A stretch of 64,000 nt of DNA from Neodothiora populina (lineage: Eukaryota). The DNA is taken from contig NW_027191411.1 in assembly GCF_041146345.1 (NCBI RefSeq), positions 1,054,001-1,118,000 of the forward strand, in the 5' to 3' direction. The position numbers and the translations under genes are program-made. This document shows positions 36,901-48,016 of the stretch, piece by piece; within the stretch, counting starts at the first letter, position 1; the number at the start of each line of letters is the position of its first letter. The notes below the pieces were generated by a model. The model made no database searches, was not told where the DNA came from, and saw nothing but the letters and a program-made list of their open reading frames with translations.

Positions 36901-37387
36901 CTCGCCCTTCCGCATCTCAGGTCCAGTGACCATGTGGCTCCACTACGACGTCATGGCCAACATCCTCTGTCAAGTCAGAGGCCGCAAACGCCTCCTGCTC
37001 TTCTCACCCACCGACGTGACGAAACTGTCCTTTGCACCGGGCGCATCCAGTTCAGACCTCAATCCCTTCACAGACGACATCTCTTCCGCTCAAGCACATG
37101 AAGCAAACCTCGAACCAGGCGAGATACTCTATATACCGCCCGTGTGGCTACACGCCGCCGAGCCCACCGAGGGACTGAGCGTGGCTGTGAACGTGTTCTT
37201 CCGGGATGCAAGTATGGAAACCGGCTATGCGGCTGGGCGAGACGTGTACGGGAACAGAGATCTGGCCGCTTATGAACGCGGCAGGAGAGACATACAGAGG
37301 ATCGCTAAAGGCTTCGAGGGTGTGCCTGGGGATGTAAGGACGTTTTATCTTTCTAGACTTGCTGATGAGCTGGCTAGAATTGCTTGA
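33977..37387 (+). CDS. PPM2: tRNA wybutosine-synthesizing methyltransferase Tyw4/Ppm2 (LCMT + kelch) with C-terminal JmjC domain
   Basis: [37 protein letters not shown] and EPFDEWEEF, kelch GG repeats, Jmj[14 protein letters not shown]. Introns 34351-34497 and 36213-36268. Confidence 0.92.
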
Positions 37388-40300
37388 GGATATTTGAGAA
37401 TACGTCTGTGATTGAGTGACGAAGAGGGCAAGAGGGAACCCCCCCAAACTCACGTCGTTAACTGCCATTACAGCGAGGGGGATCTGAACACTGCGTTATG
37501 TTCAACTTTTCTTCTGCTAACCATGATAGTCAGGATTCGAAGTTCCACAATAGACATGCACAAGTAGAGTATAGAGCACTGCAAAGACAATAGTCACACA
37601 GTAGCAAGCAGAAAGTGACATATTCCCATGCAATTGCGTTCAACATTTACAAGATCTTCTACAGCACCAAATACTATCGTGAGCTCTTCCTTGTTTTTCC
37701 ATATCTTCAGCTGCTCAACCGCTCAGCTCAGTACACTGCACTACACGGCCCCCACGCCCCCCCCCCTCTCGAAGTCTCATGCTTCAGCTACCTTGTCCCC
37801 TTAAGGCAACGCACTGCGATATAACGGCCTAATCATCAAGCCATGTGTCGGAATGTGAACCTTGAGCTTGTCGCCAGCGCAACGAGGGTAAGTAAGGGGA
37901 AGAGAGCATGGAATTGCAATCCTAACCACAGCTACAGTACCTAGTATCTTAATCATCCCAGAGCATCAGAAGAACAAGTTTCGCTGATCCACAGACGTCT
38001 ATATTAGTTCGGTAGTTTTCTTCCTTGCCCGTCAGATATAGTGCATGATCTGCCTCCTACTGCCTGCTAGGTATAGTGCCTGCTAGTAAGAAGAGGAAGG
38101 AAAGGAAGGGGGTTCGGCACTTGGATGACAATCTTTTGAGCTACACAATTACAGTACCTCAGGTGGGCTATGGTAATGTAGGTAAGGTACCTGACCTTAC
38201 TATACAGTATTATGATTTTTCGAGAGACGAGCTTTGGTGACTTCTGAAATGGACATTGAGATTAGCTGGACGGCTCCGTCACCTTGTGTCTCATGTTTTG
38301 AGCTTGGGGTCATACTTGCATGATCGCGAGAAATGGCCTCAAATTGGGATGTCTGTATACTGTCCTTGCAATGGCATGTTGTTCGACGGAGAATTACTCT
38401 CCACTAATCTCATTTCACTCGTCTTGATAACAGCTCACAATCTCGATGTACAGTACTATTGCTATATGAAATTGACTACCTATCGACCGTACAGTATGTT
38501 ATGTGAGCTGGAGATGATGTCAATAACGAACGAAACCGCCATGAGAGTAGGGTACATAGTGAAGGAGGGCGCATATTTGCTTAATTCATCAACGGCGTGA
38601 AGTGCACTGCACACTGACTCACGGGAAGAACTGCTGCTTTACGTCCCCGCACGCAGCTGGAACAGCATCTTGTATCGAGCGGTTCCATTGGCAAGGTAAG
38701 GTAGGTACAGGTACTTGTACATGTAGTAATAGTAGTGGGTGTGTGGGCGCGCAGGTGTCGATCCCCGTCCGATGCTTGCATTCGACGATCTTTGCTCTGT
38801 CCCGGCCGTTCTCGAAACATGGCCTCGACGAGACAAGAACGTTCGGCGCACACGATGATTTGCTACGAACTCTCACTAACTGTGTCTGTGTGGCCATGCA
38901 CAAGTACCGAACTTATAGACGGAGTCCAGAGACATCTGACGAGTACCTGTCCCGCATTTGCAGTATCGATACAAGTACAAGCAAGGTGTAGATCGCGTGA
39001 TATCAGAGTGCTTATGAGGGTTTTTCTTCTCACGCGAATACTTACGCATTATGATAGACGGCCGTTTGAAATCAGCGATCTTGTAATTTGGAAAGTACTT
39101 GTATCTGTAAAGTACAGGGACTAAATTGGAATCTGCGTCTTCGGTACTGTATAGTTCCTGCGCTGCGCGCACGCCCTCTGGCTTCGTCCATCAACTTGTG
39201 AACAATGCGGGGTGCAAGTCTGTCTGTGTGGAGGACAGGCAAGATAGCGTGGTTGTGGGCCGTTCGGTCTAGGCCGAGAGAGATGTGCAGCCTTCCCGCG
39301 AGCGGGCTGGAGACTTGGCTTCTGCGCGACCGAACTTTGAATCCTCTTCATCTGGTGACAATAGTGACAATATTTTATTTATTTTGTGCACAGGTGTGGT
39401 GATGTGTGTAGCTGGTCTTGTCTGCTGGGCTATCTTACAGCTATCTTACTTGACTGCACAGATGCAGAGAAATTCACGAAAACGCATTCATACTTACGCA
39501 AGGCTGTGGAACGCGATAGCAATCAACGGAATGTCATCACAGCCATACGATCGTTCGATCGAGACCCTCACCGTGCCGGCGATAAGAGTGTAGGTGTAGC
39601 CGGGTTGCTGTTGCGGCGAATCAGCCTTGGTCCCTGACAAGGTTCGGTATCAGTGTCACCCCCATGCATGGCTCGCCCTATTTTGGCGCCCATGTCTTGG
39701 CCTGGTTCTTCTATCAGATACCCACCCTGCCGTATGCAGACCCGCAGCAACAACACGAGGATATGCTGTGAGGTGGTTTAATGTGCCGAGATGCGAGACA
39801 GACACATTATCAGGAGCAGAGCTGGCTGCGACTCCTCTTATGCTCAAATCAACGTCAAATTGCCCCGTTCAGCTACCGAGATCTATCATCAGAGCAGCCA
39901 TGGCATCCGGTTGGCAAATCCCAGGGTGCGTGGAAGTATCACGCCAGTGCGAAGCTAAGGTGGCGCGCTAACACGTTTCGGGGACAGGGCGAAGTAGGGA
40001 TTCGCGGGGTCAAGCGCCAAGTGTCTGGCGACAACTCAGAGGGAAAGAGCGAGATGCGATTGAGGGAAGGAGGGATTGAGGCACCTCAACTTGACTGGCC
40101 CATTATCTCAACATAACCACCTCACTCTTCCTCATCTCGCCCTGTATCGTAAAAATTCCATTTTTGATATCCGTTTTCCTGCCACTACCCATTGTGCTTT
40201 ATAATTGAAGCCCCAATTCTATTTCGATTTTGTGATTTATCACCGCCAGCGGCTAGATTCGCCTTCCCCGGTGCCTTATCGGTTCGTGTAAACACGAGAT

Positions 40301-40479
40301 ACCGCTATCTTTGTAGAACAACTTGTAGACAAAGATCTATAGCGCCCATCTCCATTGCTTCCAAGTTCTGTGTCAGGAGGTCAATGTGATCATCTTCAGA
40401 CCAAACTCAACTCTCAATTGCCTCACTTGCTCGATTCTGGACGTCAAAACACCTTTTGACTGTCAGCCTCACGCGTTAA

Positions 40480-42764
40480 ATGGCTACCGTCTGTGCCAGA
40501 CCGAGCCTAATCACTTCCCGTTCCTCGACACCTACAGACATACAATCAATTAATTCCTCCAGTCGTGGAGTGCCGGTCCCCATTCCAAATAAACATCTTC
40601 CAGCATGCCCGACTGGCCCGCAGCCCAAGAGCCACCAACTTGCGACTCCCCCAGAATCTCCTCGTCGCTCGCGTTCGATAATCGAGACCTCCTCACTGCT
40701 CAGCTCACCCAATGATTACCCCAAGCTCAGTGACTCTCTTTCCATCTATGCTCTGACTGGAAAGGAGTTGCACGATGCGTTAGATCACATTGCAGCTCAG
40801 CCATTGCCGGACCCTAAGGAGGTCTTCCCCTGGCTTCACGGCTTGCACCCCGACAACAACATCCAGTTGGCTTTCTTCGCACCGAAGAAACGATCATCTC
40901 GTCGAGCCCCTCGATGCATGCGTGGCATCACCATTGTGAAGACTGGTGGGGACCTCACTCACTCCAGACTCAAGGGCGCTATCGCACCAAATGAGCTGCT
41001 CCTCGCTACGCGAACCGGAGAGGAGGTGGCTCAGTTCCTGGATGTAGATCCTCGAGATGGCTTTTCCGTCCGTAATTTCCAGATTCAAGCGGCCAAGATG
41101 GCCACCGTCAGTGACATCGTTGTCTATAGTGACGAAACGACACCAAAAGAGGAGGTCAAACAATTGGCCATAAAGATCGCAAAGGCTCAAAAAGCATGGA
41201 GGAACAAGAACCGAGAGAACGGCACCGAGCAGCCGACTTTTAGCACTTTTGTGCTTCGAGGTGATACAACTCCCCATAGTGCGACTCTTCCGAGAAAAAA
41301 ACTGACAAAACATCGCAGAGCCATTTGGAAGGGTAGCCGATGAGCATCCTGATATTGTGTCGCTCGATGCCAAAGGTTATACGACGGGTGGCGTCATGGA
41401 TTTCTTCCACTCTGAGCGCTTTGAGATGCATCAGATGTCTGCCGCTACAGAGATCGCACCAAACCTCTGGCTTGGCCCGACCCCTGATGCGGCGCTGAAC
41501 CCACCTCAAGATGCGGTTACTAATGCACTACCATCGGAGGCTCTGAAATACGACCTCTTCATTGAGGCAACAGACCAAGCCCAGGTTCCCGACAAGGGTG
41601 CCTACAAGGTACTCAATTCGCTGCTGTCAAAGCGACGAGTCAGCGACGATGCAATTCCGCAGCTGGACTTTCCCGCGTCGGGATCCATTATGCCGCCCAC
41701 CTGGTCTCAAGGTGAAGTCGATGGACTGATGCAGGCCTGTGATTGGATCTACCGCCAGACCAATGGCATCTCGGATGAGCCTCGGGACAGGAAGGACAGC
41801 AAAGTCCAGATCGTTCCTCTCGACAACGATTCTTCCGGAGACATCCACATGTCAGATGGTGATCTTCCCACACCTGGCGAGGGTAAGAAGATACTTTTGC
41901 ACTGTGCGGATGGCTACACCGAGACGTCTCTGCTGGCCTTGGCATACTACATGTACGCCAATTGCGTCCCAGTCCACACTGCATATCGAGATTTGCACAT
42001 GAAGCATCGACGTAACTTCTTTTCCTATCCAACGGACGTCATACTCTTGTCCACAATTCAACCACGCATCCTCCAGTCTTCTCCCCGGGGCACGGGCTTC
42101 GTGACTTCTGTGGCTCCGCCTAGTCCCGGGTGGCTTAGTAAGATGGATGGCTCGCTTCCATCCCGGATCATGGATCATATGTATCTGGGCAACCTTGGCC
42201 ATGCCAACAACCCTGAGCTCCTTCGCGAGATGGGGATTGGGCAGATCCTCAGTGTCGGAGAAGCAGCATCCTGGAGCGACAAGGAAAAGCAGGTGTGGGT
42301 CGAGCAGGGGGGCGGCGAGGAGAAAGTACTCTATGTCGACGGAGTTCAAGATAATGGTGTCGATCCATTGACTGGAGAGTTCAAGCGATGCCTGAACTTC
42401 ATTGAAGAAGGTCGTAAAGCAGGAACAGCAACCCTTGTACACTGCAGAGTTGGTGTTTCACGATCGGCGACGATCTGTATCGCTGAAGTCATGAGCAAGC
42501 TAGGCTTGTCATTTCCTCGAGCATAGTAAGCTTTCGGAAATCTTCTTGACTCTACTTTTACCATGCTGACCACGAAACAGTTGTTATGTTCGCGCTAGAC
42601 GCCTGAATGTCATCATTCAGCCTCATCTACGCTTCTCTTACGAACTACTCAAGTGGGAAGAGCTTCAGTGCGAAGAACGCGGAGAACCAGTCCGCAGAGA
42701 ACTAGAGTGGGCTACCATTGCTCGGGAGATTGCCGCGCTGAACCGGCCATATTCGAGGCAATAA
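40480..42764 (+). CDS. PPS1: Dual-specificity protein phosphatase Pps1-like
   Basis: FPWLHGLHP, FSVRNFQIQ, HCADGYTET, GSLPSRI, catalytic HCRVGVSRS and RARRLNVIIQPHLRF. Introns 41261-41318 and 42526-42580. Confidence 0.92.
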
Positions 42765-43877
42765 TGTATGGTCAGCCGCGTGCGCAAGTTACGAGGAGGA
42801 AGAACGAGAGATGAATATGCTTAATGATAAGATGACGGAAAGACGGTAAGATGTATGATGGGCGCACATTCATTTCCAATTTCCAATTTCTTGGACAGGA
42901 ACGAAGGAGCATGTGTGATTTTTGAGCTTCGGGATATACCATGGATCTGCCTCTCTTTTTTTGCCCCAATCATATCAAAGCAGGCAGGGACAACAGGAGA
43001 GAGATTTATCCGCCAGAACTGGCACCAAGAAGGGATCTCTTCCGGGCATTGTACCCATACGATACCTTGTCGTTCGATCGTTCCTGGCCTGGAAAGATAA
43101 GATTTCATGGTTCGGGAGGCGTTTTTTGTTTATATATACACTGTAAGCTACTTCTCAAGCTTTTTTACCCCCTTGGAAGTCAAGCAAAGAGATAAATTTG
43201 TCTTTCAGTGCAACTTACGACTGCAAGTGCGAAAGTACGTGTGCGTGCGTTATTACCTAACCTTTAACTAATCGTAAGAGAAAAGCATTTTTTCTGGTTT
43301 GGTTATTTGGTATGTAAATCTGGCTAGCCCCGGCTACAGTGACTTTATTTTACCTCATCAAACACGCGGCAGCTCCCTGTGAATTGGCGAGCTTCTTTGT
43401 AAAAGACGACGTCACTAAGTGGAAAGTCACAGGATTGTGTAAACAACAAAGGATGTCAATTTGCTTACCAGAGTCTACCGATGACTATCAGGATGATTTC
43501 CTTTAGGAACAATATTGAGTAGCTAGCAAGGTATAAAAAAGCAGTCCGAACATTTATGTAATCTACATGCAATTGTTCGCGAGCTAATAGTGTACTTATT
43601 AACGAAAGAAACCCTGTCCATCGTATAGATGGTCTAAACCTTATCTTACCACTTCTTATCTACCATACTGTACTTGTACAGTACAATCACTACTATAACA
43701 AATCCACCCCATATACTGTATCTATCTAGCCTTTCATACAACCACAATCTATAATTCCTCAACTCCACTATTACTACCTCCACTACATAACCCACACTGC
43801 ACTTTTGCCCTTCCCCATTGATTCAGTAAAGAAAGACCCTTGCCCAATAGTGACCCCCTCCCCCTCCCAGAGAAAGG

Positions 43878-45103
43878 ATGACTATCCCAACCCCCACCAA
43901 TCGACCACTCCGCATCGCCGTCCTAGAATGCGACCGCGCGCCCGCCAAAGCCCATGTCAAATACGGAGGCTACGGCGGCCTGTACGAGCGGCTTTTGGTC
44001 TCTGGGGCTGAGGCGCTGGCGAGGGAACATAGTGGTGCTCACGACAAGGACGGCGGCGATAAGGGGATGACTGTGGTGCCGAGGTTGGAAGTTAGCAAAT
44101 ATGATGTCAAGCATGAGGGTGTGTATCCGGCTGCTTTGGAGGATGTGGATGCTGTGCTGCTTTCTGGGAGTAGTGAGTTTTCCTTCCTTTGTCTTTGTTC
44201 CCTCTTCTCTATTGTGACTTCGGTATGAGGGGATGGGTCTGTCGTTTGGCATCATATCAATGTCTCGAATGTGGGTCTTGTGATGGTCGGAAGAGTGAGT
44301 TGTCTGGACTTCATGTACGATCGACATATGGCTAAGTGTCGTGTCGGTGAAGTAAAGACGGCCCCTCCCTATAATCACTTGAGAGCAATATCCCAACACA
44401 TACATACAAGATGAGAAGAAAGACAAAGACAGAGCAACTGACATCAACCCCCTCTTCTTTTCTCCTCTTGAAACAGAATTCAACGCCTACGACAACGACT
44501 CTTGGATCCTCAAGCTAGTAGCATACGTGCAGTCCATCCTAGCCCAGACGCGCGTCCGGCTCATCGGCGTGTGTTTCGGCCACCAGATCATCGGCAGAGC
44601 ATTAGGTGCGGCCGTCAGCAGTGGCGAGGGCGGCTGGGAGACCAGCGTCACGCATATGAGTCTCACGCCTAAGGGGCAGGAGGTGTTCGGGTGTGGGAAG
44701 ACGTTGGTGAGCTCTTTTCCTCTCCTTTTCTCTTTTCGGTTTTTTTTGAGCTTTGAGATGTCCTGCAAGCGGGAGACGGGGGAAAGGGTCACTGGTTAAT
44801 GATGACTAGACGATCCACCAAATGCACAAAGACATCGTGCGCTCCGTCCCGCCGGGCATCGAACTTCTCGCTTCCACCGCCATCTGTCAGAACCAATCAA
44901 TGTACTCTCCCGGTCGACTAATGACCATCCAAGGCCATCCCGAGTTTAACGCAGAAGTCATGACCGAGATTCTGGAGACGAGGCATGCTAGTGGGGTGTT
45001 TGATGATGGCATGTTTGAGGAGGCGATGAGCAGGGTCGCCAGGAAGCAGCATGGTGTTGATGTTGTTGGTAAGGCGTTTGTGAGATTTGCTCTTGAGGGA
45101 TGA
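43878..45103 (+). CDS. Class I glutamine amidotransferase-like protein
   Basis: LRIAVLECD, LLSGSKFNAY, catalytic GVCFGHQ and QGHPEF. Introns 44173-44476 and 44707-44809. Confidence 0.92.
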
Positions 45104-45497
45104 TGCGCTTGCTTGTCAATTGTAGAAAGGGGACAGTAAGAGGAGCAGCGAGACATTAGAAGATGTAGAAGTTTTAGATTCCTGGGATAGATAGATTGAG
45201 CCATTGTGCAGGCCTCGCGAGGGTATACGTTTAGTCACCAAGCTACGAGGAGCCGGCTAACCCCAAAACACCTGCGCCGAATCCTCGAGACTTCAAGATA
45301 TAAGCTCTCCCCCATATCTGTTCGCTACGTCCAAAAGCACACCAATGACCAGGGAACACAAGACGACCTGCGACGAAGAAGATTGCTCATGTTGGAATAT
45401 CCGATTATAATATCGTCTGCCTGAATAATGATATGAGACTCGTTCTTGCACAGGCCACGTTTCGTATGATATGCTGTCCTGAACCGAGAAAAGGAAT

Positions 45498-46395
45498 TCA
45501 TCTCTTTCTTCCCTTGGGGTTGGTATTCCAAAGTCCTTGAAGCTTCTCCATGCCTGTCCGCTCTTTCCTGTCGAATGCCGCATTATAAAAATCCCACAAG
45601 ACACGTTTCGAATCTGATTGATTCCACATCGTCAGTAAACTTGAATAACACCAGGCTCGGGGACCTGGGGTACAACTCACTGGCGTGATCGCCGGCAAAG
45701 GCAATACTGTCAGCACCCCTGCTCTTGGCCAAGTGTACAGCCTCCTCGAGCAGGTCCGAGCCGACACCTTTGCCTCTGTATCTGATCCTGACGGCCCATC
45801 CTCTGATCTCGGCTCTGTATTTGCGTCTTTTTCCCCTTTGGCTGTCGCGAGGACTCGACGACTTGCCCGCCTCGACGCCTCTCCAGCCCAGTATCACTGC
45901 GCCAATGATCTCGTCGCCAAACTTGGTCACGAGGACGTCGGCATTGTCCAGTATCTCGATGACGTTCTTGCTTTCGGCGTATTCTTCAGCTGCGAAGAGA
46001 TAGCCCCCCGTGAGCCATCTCACCGCTATCAACGAGGCCATGGTGAGACCAGCTCCTGTCGTGAAGACAATACCAATGTCGCTCCTGTCCTTGTAGAGGT
46101 AGTTCAAGACCACGGCAAGAAACGCCGTGAATATGGCTATGTTGAGGGGATGGAAAATAAGGACCCTGCTTGCTGTCTGTCGCATTTGTGCGATCGAGTC
46201 TGCGACGAGCTTCAAGGCCTTGATTTTCTCATCTTCGTCCTCGGTAATGTATGTGCCCAGATCGGGCACCCCGTCTAGAGGATCCTTGGGCGTTTGCGGA
46301 GGGGTGAGTTCAGTAGTATCATTACCGAGAGGAGACGGTTCCGGGACGCCATTCAGAGATGCGGCGCTCGCGCGCATCGACGGTGGAGTCGTCAT
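45498..46395 (-). CDS. Membrane-anchored GNAT-family acetyltransferase-like protein
   Basis: ALKLVADSIAQMRQ, two hydrophobic segments, acetyl-CoA motif IRGWAVRIRYRGKGVGSDLL. Intron 45614-45680 leads to HANSKRVLWDFYN...GRKR*. Confidence 0.85.
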
Positions 46396-48016
46396 TGGTG
46401 ACGGTGGGGGTGAAGCCAGTAGGCGGAGATTTGTTCTAAGAGAGGAAAGAAACGCTGTGGATGGGTGTGTCAGAGCAGTAGGCTACTCGCGACAAAGCAT
46501 TTTTTGCAAGAGTGACAGATGCGCGATGAATAGAGATTGGGCAATATAAGGAGAAGAGATGATTATTGGAGGAACGTGAAATTAAAGCAGAAAACAAATA
46601 AAAAGATATGAATATCGTTTCGATGAAGCGATCGTATAGAGCAAATGGCGTAAACGATTGATAGATAAACGCAGGTCATACACGCTGGGAGCTTAAACCC
46701 TAAACTCGAAGCTCGACAATTTTTTGCTTAACATACCGGCAGATGTTCTGTATCCTGGTATTATATCTCCTACAGTGGCAGCGTTGTAGTGTTTCTGAGT
46801 AGTCAAAGGCTCAGGATTGTCAGAAGGAACACTCAGATAGCCATTGGGTGTCCAAGGAATATCTCCAAAGGTTGCTATTGAGGAGGTGGAGGAGGTGGAG
46901 GGTGAAGAGGGAGTAGTGGAGGCACGACGGTGGTGCTTTGCAGCAGTAGTAGAAGCTTGTGAAGCGTGCGCCGCATCAAGCTCTTTTCGCAGAGTCTCGA
47001 TGCCAATTCTGGCTCGTAGGCGGGGCACCATTTTCTCTCATTTCTCTCGTCTTTTTTCTCGCCTATGCTTTGCAACGTTTCTTTGGTTTTCTGGCCTCTA
47101 GAGGCCAATGCAACGCCTACTTCTCCATGGAAGAACGGAAGAGGGCTTTATATGACCAGGAACGTGGAGCAATGGTTGGTTCTTATGCATTGATAGCCGT
47201 GGGAACTGACTGTACGCTAGAGATAGGATTTCCCCCAGACCCTCCATCCACGCGTTCTTGGCAGGGTGATAAGATAGTGGATGTGGACTGTGCGGTTGGT
47301 TGAAGTGTAATGATTCCAAACCATTCGGTCACACCTCTCACAACGTGTATCCAGTATGGTCCTGTATGGATGCATGGTTCCAGCTAGATAATCAGGGCAA
47401 GATAAGTGAGCAGAGTTATCGAATAGCATGCGGTCTTCCGTGCTGGTTGGAGACCTATATCACCAGAGATATGGTACCTACGACGCAATGCTTACGTGCC
47501 AAGAGTCGAGATAGCTGCTTCGGATGCGACTGGACCAAGCCTCGTGATCTGTCCGGACTCGATGATTCCTTGTACTTTTGGCGAATAAGTTGAGGCTAAA
47601 TACCTCTCCTGAGCTAGATCCAAGGGTTTGACATGTGGTCAATGTCTGCATAGTGGGCTTGTAAACTTTACAGCTCTTGTCAGAGCCTAGCCTTTCCACC
47701 CTGATATCGTGAGATCCCATCGTGAGCGATTGTCGATATGATGAGGCTCGAGTCAGGCACAGTCACCACAGTTGCCGAGTTCAGAGCAAATTTGTCTTCA
47801 GGTGCTCCTGAGTAGCAGCTGTGATCATCTTCGACTGATCTTTGCGATGGCTTTTGCTTCGCTAACAGCACGGGTGGAGACTCTTCTCTGCATAGTTCAT
47901 GACACATTGGGTAGACCGTCACTTCACACGATTCAAAGCCTCCAGGAACAGCAAAAGACATGAACACTAGATGTTCGATCCAGAATGTTGTTGGTAATTC
48001 ATGCCATGAAAGACCA

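Noticed and set aside
46693..47319. One minus-strand frame interrupted by TAG (47098) and TGA (47038), considered as an A-to-I-edited or readthrough gene
   Set aside because: No recognisable homology and further stops upstream. I cannot distinguish it from a random or decayed sequence.
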